NCBI GenBank assembly: GCA_000002445.1
Contig: CH464491.1
Span: 448,001-512,000, forward strand
Direction: 5' to 3'
Length of the DNA stretch: 64,000 bases
From: Trypanosoma brucei
Lineage: Eukaryota
Shown here piece by piece: positions 21,809-33,705 of this stretch (positions are counted from its first letter, which is position 1; every line of letters begins with the position of its first letter). The notes below the pieces were generated by a model. The model was not told the origin of the DNA. It worked only from the letters and a program-made list of their open reading frames with translations, and ran no database searches. A program made the translations under genes and the position numbers.

Positions 21809-23227
21809 TCAGGTCTTTCCGAAAGTGCGTTCATTCATCACTGCCATTATTTGATTCCTCAGACTTCTTCTTATGATGGGCTTGATGATGAAGAATATCA
21901 AGTTCGGAATGAAACCAGAGAAATCGGCACCGATGGAGCCGATCTTTAAGTTATCGCACCTGCGATATATGGTCACAAACCCACCACCTGCTAGTAAAAT
22001 AATGAGATCAACCTTCAGGGCACAATTCTCTACCTTTAGGTCAACAGTGCCGTGCGTGAAATCAGCCGACTTGTTCTTAGCATTGCGATACGAATACGAC
22101 AGCGTCTCCAAGACAATCCGGCGCAAATTTAAACATATTCTCAGGTATTTTCCCCCTTCCTCCAGTGAAGCATAATTGTGGCTCAACTCCACTGTTTTCA
22201 TCTTGATGGGTCCAAGTTTCACTTCGTATTCCCTGCGTAGGAAGCAACTGACAAAATGTGTGGGCTCAGCCACCAGCTCCCGGCCACACAGCTCCTGCTC
22301 CATCAAACTAAAACACGAGGTAATCAAATCAGGGAGAATGGGGGCCATGTTGTTGCACTTCAAAACAATCTCTCTAAGCACAAAGCATCCGGAGCTGCGG
22401 CTAAAGACATCCGCCCATTGTCGCATCATATTCTTTAGGTTCACACATTCACGTTCCTTTGCCACGGTAAACTCAAGGAGGTCCATGCAGCCCACGGAAC
22501 TACCGCTTATGTTGCAGCTTTCATGTCTCTCCTTACCATCAAACCTGAGGCCTTTGGTACCATCTTCCGAAGCGGTGGCGCAGTTTCGCTCAATACCCAC
22601 ACGATGCACACCAATTCTTGCGACACCAATTTTCGGCATTGCTTTCAGCCGTTGCGCATTCCCTGATGTGTTTGTTGTTTGTTGAGGCTTGGAGTCGATG
22701 GTACTCCCCTCTTCCTCGCGTTTTGCTTCACGTAAAGCAGTAATGTTAGCCCACGGGAGAGTTGGTGTCCGGGTGGGGCCGCCCCGCCGCAACATTTCAT
22801 CATCCTCCTCCGGTAACAACAGGGGCTGCGAGGCAGCGGGGTGTGGTGCAACAAATGGAGGGATGAATTTCACATCCCAAGAAGAAGTATCCACCGGGAA
22901 GGCAATGGCAACTTCGTTATACGCATCATGCTGCGAAACGTTGCTAAGTGGTTTACTCTTCATTTTTTCTATTTTGGCGGCAGCCTCCGCGGACAACGTT
23001 TCTTCTTGCTCATTACACCTCCTCACTGGTTGCGTGTCCTCTACGGATTGTATAAGGTACTTTCCGCAATGCGGCGCCAAGTCCACTTTGCTGTGCACGA
23101 ACCGCACAGCGTCCTCCACATCTTTGTTAAACTTGAGTGCGGCAGCAAAGTATTTTTTTCCAGCATATGGGAAGAGGGCCTGCAACAACAACATGTTGCC
23201 CTCCTCCATAGCACTTCCATTATTCAT
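21809..23227 (-). CDS. Hypothetical protein, 472 aa. The N-terminus has a possible CUE/UBA-like motif (LQALFPYAGKKYFAAALKFNKDVEDAV). No further assignment.
   Basis: Long minus-strand ORF in the same polycistron. The overlapping plus-strand ORFs are shorter and low-complexity. Confidence 0.5.
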   Translation of the reverse strand: MNNGSAMEEGNMLLLQALFPYAGKKYFAAALKFNKDVEDAVRFVHSKVDLAPHCGKYLIQSVEDTQPVRRCNEQEETLSAEAAAKIEKMKSKPLSNVSQHDAYNEVAIAFPVDTSSWDVKFIPPFVAPHPAASQPLLLPEEDDEMLRRGGPTRTPTLPWANITALREAKREEEGSTIDSKPQQTTNTSGNAQRLKAMPKIGVARIGVHRVGIERNCATASEDGTKGLRFDGKERHESCNISGSSVGCMDLLEFTVAKERECVNLKNMMRQWADVFSRSSGCFVLREIVLKCNNMAPILPDLITSCFSLMEQELCGRELVAEPTHFVSCFLRREYEVKLGPIKMKTVELSHNYASLEEGGKYLRICLNLRRIVLETLSYSYRNAKNKSADFTHGTVDLKVENCALKVDLIILLAGGGFVTIYRRCDNLKIGSIGADFSGFIPNLIFFIIKPIIRRSLRNQIMAVMNERTFGKT

Positions 23228-23852
23228 TTAAAAGCGACTACACACTTGTGATGATGAAGGGAAGAAGTCTGAGAAGGAAATGATAGACGCGCCTCCACAC
23301 ACAACCATAAGGCGGGTGTCACCGTTTGTTCAAAGCACCGCGCCAACTTAATGCGTTAACCAAGTGAACAAAAACAAAAACAAAAAGGAAAGTAACCCTA
23401 ACCACAAATAATCAAAAAATAGTAAACGTAAACATGAATCTAAGAAAAAGGTATAGGAAACGAAGGTATAGAAAGAAAGGTAATCTTTTACACAAAAAAG
23501 ACCCATTGTTCAACTATCACACTGTATGAGAAAATTACCCTCCTCCCACACACTTCAATAAAACCAAAAAGATAAAACAAAGTAATGCGTGAGGTCACGA
23601 GGATAGAGTGCACCCAATGACATTTAAAAGGTAAAAAAAAAATGAGTGCGCCTAAAACACACGGCATACACACTTCACAAAAAAAAAAGCAAAAAATAAG
23701 TAAATAAACAACAACCAAATACTCAGCTGAAGTACTAGCAATGTTATAAAAGAATAAGTCACCATCTATGGCATCTTTAAAAAAAAAAATGCACCACTAG
23801 CGCTTCCATTTGACAAATATATATATATATATATATATATGTATACGCCCTC

Positions 23853-26800
23853 TCAAGTAGACTTCAAACAGCGCCGAACACGGGCTGCAATACATGGAAA
23901 CGTGGGTTCCCACATCTTTAGGCACTCCGCCTCACGATGCAGCACTTCATCCAACACACATGTTATCCGCCTATCCGTATCAGACACGAGACCGGGGTTA
24001 CATAAGTTAAACCTGCGCTCCATTGCCTCACGGAGGTGCAACGCCACAAAAGTTTCCGGCGCTGGACGCTTGCGGCGCAATGGAGGGGTGTAATCTGACA
24101 CCATTAACACAATGCGGGATGCAACTGCCTCAGCTGCTGTAAGCCATTCCGCGCCCACGCCATCGCTTTCCCGCGGGATGCATCGGTAACGGATGAAACA
24201 GGTTAAAAGTAAGAGAGACCAAAGAAGAGTGTTGCGCGGGTGAGCGATAACCATGTCATCCTTCATACCGTTCAAACAGGGACGGGACACGGAATCGTTA
24301 TTTCCACACAAGTTACCGGTGGAAAAAACTTTACTGTGGCGGAATTCTTCAATCCAGCGACCGGTAGAACTGCACAGTGATGTAATGCATGTCAGAGAGT
24401 CCCAAACAACGTCATGCAACGCACAGAGGTTACGCCTGAATTCTTTGCACTGCCCAAACTCATCGAAAAACTGCGAGAGGAAAAATGTTATCTCCTTGTA
24501 CCCCACATTATGGGTAGTATGCGCATTACGGAAATCAGCATGCGTCATTTGTGCATAAGGCACCGTCTTCACGTCGTGAGTGACCTGCCCAATATCAGAG
24601 CCAACCATGGGGCGAATGGCAATGTTATGAAACAACTCCCCTATAAACAATGGAACAACGCGGAGAAACACACTATTGCGCATGAACGTCTGACGCTCCG
24701 CACAAGCAGCTTCTTTCATAGCGTCCATACTGTTTGGTTTTGTGTTGCTCCTTTCCAAAGCCTCACACTGCGCTTCCATGTAAAACCCCACAAGAACCGC
24801 CCGTCGTAGAGAAGCATTCAGTCGTGGGAGATCTTCCAGTAGACTTGAAACGATATTTAGAAGTTCAGCATGAGGCTGCCGGATCTCGTGCACGTCTGCC
24901 ACAACGCCTTCCACGCCGCCTTCGTTACGAAGGCGGGTTCTTTGGATCGCTGCGTACCGAAATGCACCCAACCAGACAAAAAAATCCAAAATATTGCAAC
25001 GCAGTGCACAATTCACACAAGTGTCATATTTCAGCTCTTGCTCTTTGCCACATTCACCACAGCACTCTTCTGACTTGTCATCACTGTCGGGAGCGGGCGT
25101 CATTGACGTCCGGCACAAGTCTGTGAAACGGCTTTGCAAGGCGCACCGCTCCGCCACACTTTTCGCTGGAAGAAAAAGAGCCGAGTAAAAGTTGTCAGAA
25201 CCGCTGCTTCTCACCCCCGCACGGTTCAAAATTACCCCCGTGGCGAGGCTTCTACAGTTATGGAACAGCCTCTTTACAATGCACAGCACTCTGCACGAAC
25301 GTGGAATGCACACAGCAAAAATATCGACCCCTTCACCTCCGCGAGCACTCCTCCGCTCAATGGGACAGATCACCGTCAACAGAGAAAACATAGTGATAAA
25401 GTAAGCAGAAGAACCAGCAGTGTTTTTCACGGCTGCCATTGCTACGCATAACCACGAGGCTGCTGTGGAAAGCCTCTCTGATTCCACAATAGATTCATAC
25501 CACTTCCTGCTACACCTGTTCTTTGTATCGGACAGAAGCATGCGAAGTACATGCACTAAAGGCTCAATGCTATCGCTTGACAAACTTCTTCGCCGGCAAA
25601 TGTTGGGAAGAACGACGTCGATTACGGATAGGCAAGTCCCCCTTTGAAGAGACGAATCCTGTAGCATAGTGCACAAGCATATAAGATCCGCATCGTGAGA
25701 ATAGCCCTGTATGCCAAAAAAATTTATGGCACGGATCTCATACCGCTCAAGTGCTTCCAAAAGCATAAACGCACACCCCTTTCTAGAAGAATTTGTTGAT
25801 GTCCCCACCCGCACTGCAAGCAACTCCTTGAGCGGCCCGATAACCTTGTGAAGTTGCCGCACGGAAGATATGTGAGGAACCCCATCGCCAATGTACAACT
25901 CCCCCAATATCTTGCACGTAAGATTGCAAAGGCCTTCGAACGACGGCGTGTAAGGCTCACCCGTGTCGTTACTTCGCCCTTCAATGGACATAAACCCGTA
26001 GTGACACAGGGAAATGAGCGATCCCGCCTTCTGCCAATTGGTATTCATCGCCTCAACACTGCGCATACTCTTTCCTCCACGCCCCTCTTCACTCTTTTGC
26101 AACATGTGAAATACGGCAACTAGGGAAATCTTAGTTCGTATTGCTGTCGCGTGTATTTTAGTAAATGAATCCCCCTCAGCCATGTCACCCCACAACATCA
26201 ACCCACCCTCAGCGACAGTCCTGATTTGGTTTAAAGACAAGGACGCCCCTTCCAAATGAGTCCTCAATCGGTTCATAGCATACAAAAGTTCTCCTTCAGC
26301 TCCCTGCTTGCCCGTGTGATCCCCGCGAAGATGATGCGCATACCGCAGTAGTGTGATGATTTGGTCAATACTCAACTTCACAAAGGGAGTACTGCACGAG
26401 CGAAAGCATTGCACTAAACGATATATAAGGCGCCTCTGGCACCTGCTCATTACCGTGCCGTGCTGCAGAGATTCCCAACGCGACGGCTGCTGATTCAGGG
26501 AAATTAGCAAACTCACAGCAAGGTGGTGATGCAGCCGATCCACAAGCGGCTCAAGGTATGCATCCACACGTTCTAAATGGACTGCTCCACCAAGTGCAGG
26601 ACAGAAGAACTTTAAAAAAAGTAGCAGAACGAAAAAAACGGGATCTCCTCCACCTTCCATGCACCCAAACCTATCCACAACCAGTCCGTCAGCGTTAGCG
26701 CCGCTTCCGGAATTAAAGCAACTGTTGTCTTGACGATATGTGCCTCTAATGCCGCAAGGAGGGGACAGGTCGCAACCCTCTTGCAGAAATTTCTCGATGG

Positions 26801-27266
26801 ACAAAAATAATCCTCGTATAAGCTGCACTGAGTACCCATACATATACAATGTCTGTAGAATAGACACAAAGGAGGCGAAGAATGAGTCCCTGTGGTCCGA
26901 CGGGAGACAAATAACTTGGGCCTCACCTTCAACAATCTCCTTCCCTCGCCCACGGACTGCACCACCGCGGTAACAGCGGAGAAAGATTTTCAGAAGATGT
27001 GCAGTTAGAACGGGGTGACGCACATTTAACCCTGATAGTCCCTTAAGAAGGTGGGCAACATGTTTCCCCCGATGAAAGTTCGGGAGCGCTGTTAGAAATG
27101 ATAACACAAATGCATGGACGTCGCGTGGAGGTATGCGCAACTCTCCAAGGGAAAGTACGGTGGTGCTTATCGTGTCCGCATCGTAGAAATGGAGGGAGCG
27201 GTATGCCTGCCGGGCCAATGCTGCCAAAACAGGGACACACTTAGAGAGTGAAGAAAAAGCTGGCAT
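23853..27266 (-). CDS. Hypothetical large protein, 1137 aa. No recognisable domain.
   Basis: Uninterrupted 3.4-kb ORF on the transcribed strand. It is Cys/Leu-rich and probably helical-repeat-like. Confidence 0.6.
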   Translation of the reverse strand: MPAFSSLSKCVPVLAALARQAYRSLHFYDADTISTTVLSLGELRIPPRDVHAFVLSFLTALPNFHRGKHVAHLLKGLSGLNVRHPVLTAHLLKIFLRCYRGGAVRGRGKEIVEGEAQVICLPSDHRDSFFASFVSILQTLYMYGYSVQLIRGLFLSIEKFLQEGCDLSPPCGIRGTYRQDNSCFNSGSGANADGLVVDRFGCMEGGGDPVFFVLLLFLKFFCPALGGAVHLERVDAYLEPLVDRLHHHLAVSLLISLNQQPSRWESLQHGTVMSRCQRRLIYRLVQCFRSCSTPFVKLSIDQIITLLRYAHHLRGDHTGKQGAEGELLYAMNRLRTHLEGASLSLNQIRTVAEGGLMLWGDMAEGDSFTKIHATAIRTKISLVAVFHMLQKSEEGRGGKSMRSVEAMNTNWQKAGSLISLCHYGFMSIEGRSNDTGEPYTPSFEGLCNLTCKILGELYIGDGVPHISSVRQLHKVIGPLKELLAVRVGTSTNSSRKGCAFMLLEALERYEIRAINFFGIQGYSHDADLICLCTMLQDSSLQRGTCLSVIDVVLPNICRRRSLSSDSIEPLVHVLRMLLSDTKNRCSRKWYESIVESERLSTAASWLCVAMAAVKNTAGSSAYFITMFSLLTVICPIERRSARGGEGVDIFAVCIPRSCRVLCIVKRLFHNCRSLATGVILNRAGVRSSGSDNFYSALFLPAKSVAERCALQSRFTDLCRTSMTPAPDSDDKSEECCGECGKEQELKYDTCVNCALRCNILDFFVWLGAFRYAAIQRTRLRNEGGVEGVVADVHEIRQPHAELLNIVSSLLEDLPRLNASLRRAVLVGFYMEAQCEALERSNTKPNSMDAMKEAACAERQTFMRNSVFLRVVPLFIGELFHNIAIRPMVGSDIGQVTHDVKTVPYAQMTHADFRNAHTTHNVGYKEITFFLSQFFDEFGQCKEFRRNLCALHDVVWDSLTCITSLCSSTGRWIEEFRHSKVFSTGNLCGNNDSVSRPCLNGMKDDMVIAHPRNTLLWSLLLLTCFIRYRCIPRESDGVGAEWLTAAEAVASRIVLMVSDYTPPLRRKRPAPETFVALHLREAMERRFNLCNPGLVSDTDRRITCVLDEVLHREAECLKMWEPTFPCIAARVRRCLKST

Positions 27267-27827
27267 GAATAGAATGTCTCCTCTTTTTTAATATATATAT
27301 ATATATATATATAAGCAACAATTAGAGCTGAAAAAGAAAAAAAAAGTCGCAATTGATTTTTTTTTAAAAAAGAAAGTTCAAAAGGTTGAGTGCACATATT
27401 CACAACCCTGCGGATTCGTATCATTAGCTCATCATGTATTGTAAACACCACTCAGGCTGAAGAGTCGGAACCAATGACATGTCCCTTGGATAGTCCCACG
27501 TACCACATGAAAAGGCACAGAAAAACATTTAAAGAAACAATGAGTCGCCGCCGCCGTGCTTGTCTTGGGATAATAAAAAGGCAACCAAACAAACACCCAA
27601 CCAATGCCACGCGCTCACACAAAGATGCGCAACGGATCAAAAGGAGATTGCCAGAGCGTCTTCTCGCAGATGTCACAAACAAGAGCAGGCACATAAGAGT
27701 CATAACTTATAATAACAAAAAAAAAAAGCAAAGGCATGTCCAGCAGTAAAACGGACAAAAGCCCTAGTCGATGTCCATACCGGCTTGGTTTGCGCACTCA
27801 GTTTCTAATATTACAGAACATCTTGCG

Positions 27828-28571
27828 CTACTTTACTCGCGCCAACACCAGCGTCCCGCAGGGCACGTCTATTCTGTTGTAAAACCACAGCGCATTCTGT
27901 GCCCTCCGTTGGCCGCGTGCATCATCTGCCGTGACTCCCACGGATGAGTGCTTCAGCAAACTCGCCACCCCGCTACCACTCAATGAATTTGAACCACTCC
28001 CGCTAAGTAAAGGCGACTTGTTAGAACGATTGATACCAACATTGTCACCACTAACCGCTTTGTCAACCTCACCGGATGACTGTTCGTCACTCCTCTCGCA
28101 GAGATGTACCACAACGCGGTTACTCATCGACTCCCTGCCGCCATTTATTTCGGATACTTGACACCACGTGCCTTCAAACACCAACTCGCCAAATTCACGA
28201 GTCCGCAACCGCACTATTGGATGCGGAGTCTCCAGCGTGTCTGCATCAAACCTAAGCGCCTCAGGGGCAAATTTGGTTTCCATCCCCGAGGTCCCACCCT
28301 TAGATGCGTCTTGAGCTGAGTTACATAATGTTTCACATATATGCGCATTGCGGAAGAAATCGAGGCAGGGAAAACGGAGGAGAATTGTTCGTTTTTCCTC
28401 CACTGTTAGAATCTCCTCCACGAAAGATTCCTCAGTGTCTTTGCGTTCGGAGTCATCTTCTAACTTAAAATCCTTCTTATCCTCGTTGTGCCTCAGGGAC
28501 CTCGAGGTGGCCGACCGCCCGCGCTTCATCAAGTAGAGGGTTGAAGAAAGAGGTACAGCGGTTCCTTTCAA
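27828..28571 (-). CDS. Hypothetical protein, 247 aa, Ser-rich and acidic.
   Basis: ORF on the coding strand between two confident genes. No domain recognised. Confidence 0.4.
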   Translation of the reverse strand: MKGTAVPLSSTLYLMKRGRSATSRSLRHNEDKKDFKLEDDSERKDTEESFVEEILTVEEKRTILLRFPCLDFFRNAHICETLCNSAQDASKGGTSGMETKFAPEALRFDADTLETPHPIVRLRTREFGELVFEGTWCQVSEINGGRESMSNRVVVHLCERSDEQSSGEVDKAVSGDNVGINRSNKSPLLSGSGSNSLSGSGVASLLKHSSVGVTADDARGQRRAQNALWFYNRIDVPCGTLVLARVK

Positions 28572-28875
28572 TTATCACAATTGCTCTTCCCTTTCTTTAT
28601 TCACTTTCCCCCGTTCCCTCCCCCTCCTTCTTTATTAATCTTACTGATGTTGCACCGTAAATATATGGTGAAAGAGAAACCGACAAATAAGATTAAGTCA
28701 GAGCGCTAGCGCTTCTTGTGAAACGGGAATGCACGTAACGGTGAATGAAGTAAGTAAGCCCATTACACGGTTCTTTAGAGTTGACATGAACAAAGAAGTA
28801 TAAGAGGGAATAAGTTGGTTGTTAAACTGGGGAAAAGAAAAACACCACAGGTCGCGGCAACCAATATGCCTAAAC

Positions 28876-30102
28876 TCAGATGTGAAACACCTCAACACAT
28901 GTTTGGTAGAACTGTTCTTGGGCTTCCTCCTCTGTAATATTTGCAAGAAAGGCATCCCCCCTCTCTTCCCCCATTGTTCTCACCGTACCAACGTAAGCTT
29001 CGAGTACCTGCCGCAAGTGGCAAGGCTCGGTGCGGCGCTCACTGCAGAGCGTCGGATCAAACGGCTTTCCCCTCCGATTGGTGGGAAACTGAGTTCGAAG
29101 GAAGCGGGCACCATAGTGCTGTTGCCTAATGTCGCACCATGGTGCATCGGTTTCCAGCATCAGCCGATCGCGCGGAATGCTACAAACCTGCTCAGAACGT
29201 TCCTTTTCCCTAAACGCACTGCCGTTTATGCTGAAATAAACACCTGGAATGGCGAGAAGCCGCTCCTGCTCCTCAGGACTCCCATTGTAGCTATGCACAA
29301 CACCTACGAATGGGGTTTCAGATGTCCACGAACGCACCTCCTCTTCAATTAGTTCAACGAAATCCATACCACAATCACGCGAGTGAAGTATGAATGGGAG
29401 ACCCAAAGTCCTGAGAACCCGAAACTGTTGAATAAAGTATTCCCTCTGTACCTCCTTTGGGCAGTAGGAAAGCTCTGCGTAATCCAAACCAATCTCCCCT
29501 ACAGCAACCACAACATCACGATTCTCATTCACCAATTCCACAAGTTTCTCCATACGCTCGTCAGAATGGTGTAGTGAGTCATCGGAATGTTCCCCTGCAG
29601 AGTAATAAGGTACTTGGATCGAAACATCATCTTCTGCTGCAGCTTCAATAGCCTTCCAATCCATCGGCCGTGTCATCTCCGCGCAATGCGCAGGGTGCAC
29701 CCCAACCGTGCAACGAAGGACAGATGGATAGCGACGGCAGAGACGTATCGCCTTTACACACTGCGGAAGGCTCGTACCAGTGATGATGATCTTCCCTACG
29801 TTGTGTTCCACTGCGCGACGCATCACCTCGTCAAAGTTATCATCATGAACACGTCGACCCTTCCAATCAACGCCACGGAAGACGCAATCGGTGAGGTTTA
29901 CCGCAATGTCGACTAAACAAGGAACGGAAGATCCCCTCATGTCGTCTCTAAACGTTGGGTTTATCGTATAATTAGGGGAAAAAATAAGGGAAGGGTCAGA
30001 AGGTGTACAACTACCTACGTCTAAAGACATACGAGAGCTTCCGAATAGACTCAAACTCCCACCGCGGATGAAGTCACGTTTGCACGTAACGTTGTGGTGC
30101 AC
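28876..30102 (-). CDS. TatD-family metal-dependent hydrolase / DNase.
   Basis: Motifs: VDIAVNLTD...F, VGVHPAHCAE, AVGEIGLDY, FILHSRDC, VVHSYNGS, and LMLETDAPW, which are TatD signature blocks including the His/Asp metal ligands. Confidence 0.8.
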   Translation of the reverse strand: MHHNVTCKRDFIRGGSLSLFGSSRMSLDVGSCTPSDPSLIFSPNYTINPTFRDDMRGSSVPCLVDIAVNLTDCVFRGVDWKGRRVHDDNFDEVMRRAVEHNVGKIIITGTSLPQCVKAIRLCRRYPSVLRCTVGVHPAHCAEMTRPMDWKAIEAAAEDDVSIQVPYYSAGEHSDDSLHHSDERMEKLVELVNENRDVVVAVGEIGLDYAELSYCPKEVQREYFIQQFRVLRTLGLPFILHSRDCGMDFVELIEEEVRSWTSETPFVGVVHSYNGSPEEQERLLAIPGVYFSINGSAFREKERSEQVCSIPRDRLMLETDAPWCDIRQQHYGARFLRTQFPTNRRGKPFDPTLCSERRTEPCHLRQVLEAYVGTVRTMGEERGDAFLANITEEEAQEQFYQTCVEVFHI

Positions 30103-30511
30103 TCAAATACACTCAAATATAATATGCCGATGCAGCCTGTGAGCAAATGTGTGATGTCGCTCATGTTAATAAGCAAAGTCCAAGAAAATAGAAAAAACGG
30201 AGACGCACAAAATAGCTGGCACACAACCGAAACAAGTGTGCCTTCACTTCGCACCAACCATAAAACATAACTCATGCAAAAGGTGAGGAAACCCTCATCG
30301 AAGCATACAGAGTTGCAAAGAAAAAAAAAAGGAAGCAAAAGATTAACACTTGCCTGATGGCACGAAAAAAAAAAAGACAGAGAAAACGAAAGCGCTGTGA
30401 AAGAAACCAAGTACACGAAAGGTAAGAGCGCACGTAGAGCGTTTATGTAACTTCCTATGGCGTCCACCATTCCCCTCCTTTTTCCATTATACACATCCTT
30501 CACAGCTGCGC

Positions 30512-33139
30512 TTACGTGTCTAAAACGCTGGCGAGGGTAACAACTTCAACAGAATCCCTCCTAGGAACCAATGGGGCAGGTGGGGACTTTGACTTCACAG
30601 CTGTCGCAGCGTCCGCTAGCCGCTTTTCTTGCTCAGCCTTTCGTTTCTCTTTCTCCATCTTTTGTCGTTTCTGTTCAGCCTTCTTGCGCTTTTTCGTGGG
30701 ACTCGAGCTGAATAACCCTCCTTTCTTACCAATGTCAGCTAAGGAACGGTCGAGCATACCAAAGAAGGAAGGCATTTGCTTCCAACCCGTTGTTGGTTTG
30801 TCGTCAGCGTCGCGTCTCTGGTGAGCAATGCGTTCATCCCACAAAGCTAACATGGAATTGCATGTATCCTCACCAATCTCTTTCTTGCGCGATAGTAACA
30901 AGAAACGCACAACAAATGTTGGGCAATCACCAAAGTCGTCAAGAAGGTCCTTCTGCACGATAAAATCAAAATCTACCGGTTTTCTCACGGCAAGAAGGTT
31001 CTTGACTAGTTCAAGCGCCTTATTCACCTTACTGATAAGCTTACCACGACTATCCGAAATGCGTGCCTTCCACATATCAATTGTTATGACAATGTCACGT
31101 ACAAAACAGTTCACAAACTCATTCCAGTCCTTTGCGGCTTTACTAGACGGATGCCGAACGGCATCTCCGAGAAACTCCATAAGCTCGGTCAAGAATTTCT
31201 GAATGTACCTTTGCATCATGCGATGCGTTACCGTGTGTAGCTGTGAAGCCTCGAAGGAACAGCTGAACTCCTCGTCGATAAAGTCCGCCATAGTGTCGAG
31301 GATTATTCGCGTTGGACTATCCTCTCCCTCATACCAACCTTTTGAGCGGAATACGTCCGGCCACTGCCCCTCGACCATTCGCTCCACATGCAATATAACC
31401 TCATCAATGTAGTGGGAAGCATGATCTACCAGAACATCCTGAGTCTGAATAAACGGTGAGTTGTCTTCAAGGCCCTCTTCCTCGTTCCAATAAGACACAA
31501 ACACGAGCTCAACCGTGTCCATGTTGCGCTCAATCACTGAACAGTCATTGCAAAAGGCATACAAAAACGCAAGTCGTCGCATCTTCCACTCCTCATTGCC
31601 GCTATTTCCACCAGATTTTTGCCTTTGCTCCATCTCCTCCCAACGGTCGTAATCAATTAACAACTTACATTCCGAAAAGTAGCTCTCAATTGCAGCTGCA
31701 CAGGCCCTGCCTATCTGTCGCATGACGTCGACTTCGATCGCCGTTGAGAGACCGGCAAGAGTTTGCTGCAGTACGGCAAACATGTCTTTTGGCCCGGTTG
31801 TAACAGGCAGACCACTAGAGCTCCGAAACGGTTTATTTCCATCCTCCAGGACAGTTCTAGCACATACCTTACATAGTTGCACAAGATGCATCATGAGCCC
31901 GTCCACAGCACCCGCCGTCATGCAGGCCGACAGTTTGTCCAGTGCAGCGATATCAACATGAGATGAGTAGTTTCCATCCTTCAACATCTCCTTGTACCAT
32001 CGCACGAAGTCGGAGGCGGCGATGAGGTCGTTTGCTTTCGCCTCCAACCCCGGGTCCGCATAAATTTCGAGCGATTTCACCACCTCCCCATGCAAGGAAA
32101 CCACTACAATAGGAAATAGAGATAACCTGCTCGAAAGAGGAATCAATGTCATTTCAAGAGCCGAAAGAATCGGCGCTATCTTCTTCATACGATCCAAATA
32201 GGCAACGCCCTGCGCAACAGGATTGGTGAACTCCGCCATCACGTCGTCCACCCACAACTTTTTTGCGCAAGCGGCGACAGCTTCGAATATTTTGGCCTCG
32301 GTGATGAGCGGCTCCCCATCTGCAGAGTACAAGAAACCTTTATCCTCAGTTATCTCAACGGCGCACAACTGCACGCATTCCTCTAATTGCGTAAACTCGG
32401 GTATGGACTGCACCACCGCCCCCATTCGCGGTGGATCCTTAAGCGCCTTTTGGATCGCAGCGGGCACTGAAGTTTCTCTAAAAAGTTTGTAGACACCTTC
32501 AACAAACATCGTCTGCACTAACTCCAGCTTTTCAAAGTAGGGGTCAAACGAGTTTTGGTGTGCTTTGGGGTAGCTGTGCAATTCCTCTGTTACAGTCTGA
32601 CGTATGAGCTGCAGCCGGCACAGCCGTTTGTACACGGCGGCGAACTGTCGCTGCTCCACAAGCCTGTACATGTCTGTGTAACGCAATTCGTTGAGTACTT
32701 CAACCCATTCGATGACAGAAGTAACATTGCTTCGAAGATAATGCAGCTCACGTAGCTGTTTGTAGCTTCCCGAAGTCACATTCATCTGAGCAATGATACT
32801 ACCCTGCTTGATAAAAAGCTCGCGGAGGTCCTGAATTCGCTCCCCACTTTCTTTCACAATCTGCACGGCTCTATGTCCCTCCAACATCTGTGAGGAGGCC
32901 ATTGATTTAATTGCACGCCGGAGTTCCTGTGCTTCTGTCGTACAGGCACGTAGGAGTCGAGGTATAACTGCTTCCAAATCTTCCGCATGCGCCAACTCGT
33001 GGTTTATGGCTGTGTTGACCTCCTCCGCCAGGACCACGCGGTCAGTTTCGGAAAGATAAGGCCAAAGCTCCTCTGCAGTGTAAAATTGTGAAGAATCAAG
33101 CTCACCCAACGCAACATTAGACTGATGTGGGACCGGCAT
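30512..33139 (-). CDS. Hypothetical 875-aa helical protein with a basic KR-rich C-terminal tail. Possibly a tethering-complex or exocyst-like subunit, but this is very tentative.
   Basis: Long ORF with predicted coiled-coil/helical-bundle character. The C-terminus KKRKKAEQKRQKMEKEKRKAEQEKR. No catalytic motifs. Confidence 0.55.
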   Translation of the reverse strand: MPVPHQSNVALGELDSSQFYTAEELWPYLSETDRVVLAEEVNTAINHELAHAEDLEAVIPRLLRACTTEAQELRRAIKSMASSQMLEGHRAVQIVKESGERIQDLRELFIKQGSIIAQMNVTSGSYKQLRELHYLRSNVTSVIEWVEVLNELRYTDMYRLVEQRQFAAVYKRLCRLQLIRQTVTEELHSYPKAHQNSFDPYFEKLELVQTMFVEGVYKLFRETSVPAAIQKALKDPPRMGAVVQSIPEFTQLEECVQLCAVEITEDKGFLYSADGEPLITEAKIFEAVAACAKKLWVDDVMAEFTNPVAQGVAYLDRMKKIAPILSALEMTLIPLSSRLSLFPIVVVSLHGEVVKSLEIYADPGLEAKANDLIAASDFVRWYKEMLKDGNYSSHVDIAALDKLSACMTAGAVDGLMMHLVQLCKVCARTVLEDGNKPFRSSSGLPVTTGPKDMFAVLQQTLAGLSTAIEVDVMRQIGRACAAAIESYFSECKLLIDYDRWEEMEQRQKSGGNSGNEEWKMRRLAFLYAFCNDCSVIERNMDTVELVFVSYWNEEEGLEDNSPFIQTQDVLVDHASHYIDEVILHVERMVEGQWPDVFRSKGWYEGEDSPTRIILDTMADFIDEEFSCSFEASQLHTVTHRMMQRYIQKFLTELMEFLGDAVRHPSSKAAKDWNEFVNCFVRDIVITIDMWKARISDSRGKLISKVNKALELVKNLLAVRKPVDFDFIVQKDLLDDFGDCPTFVVRFLLLSRKKEIGEDTCNSMLALWDERIAHQRRDADDKPTTGWKQMPSFFGMLDRSLADIGKKGGLFSSSPTKKRKKAEQKRQKMEKEKRKAEQEKRLADAATAVKSKSPPAPLVPRRDSVEVVTLASVLDT

Positions 33140-33705
33140 TAGTTCCTTACTTTATTTATTGGTTGCTCGGTTGGAAAAGTCCTACAAACCTGCAGCAACT
33201 GCGGCAGCCTTCACTACACGGAAAGGAAAAAAATAGGTGATATGTAGAAAACAAAAAGAAAAATACAGATACTATTTGATAGAACAGTTGCAAAGCTATG
33301 ATAATGATGCTATGGGACGTGAAGTTGCAAATACCTCCAATATAACGTGCACGTGCGAACGAACAAACCTGTACAGATTTCCGCAAAACAAAAAAAATGT
33401 TTTTTTTTTAAATACTGTAAACACAAATAATATGAAACGGAGGTAACGGGGAAAATGGTAGCCGCTTCTAAATGGGAAAAAATCCCTGCTGAAACATTTA
33501 CCACTCATCACAGACCCCCCCCCTCCACAATCTCGTTATCGACATATATCACTCACCCTCACGCTGAAATGGCCATGGGCCACACGTCAAACATCCAAAT
33601 CCTTTGAAATCACGGTACGAGGTCTTAGTACAACCCATGCACAATAAATGGAAAAAAAAAAGAAAATTCAAGCGCTTCATTCCCGGACACTACGCATCTC
33701 CGTGC

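Noticed and set aside
22176-23251. Three plus-strand ORFs of 136-180 aa.
   Set aside because: All are antisense to the 472-aa minus-strand gene and are Ser/Cys/Ala-rich low complexity.
30051-30503. 150-aa minus-strand ORF overlapping the 5' end of the TatD gene and its spacer.
   Set aside because: It is hydrophobic and low-complexity, overlaps the better-supported TatD start region, and is probably spurious.
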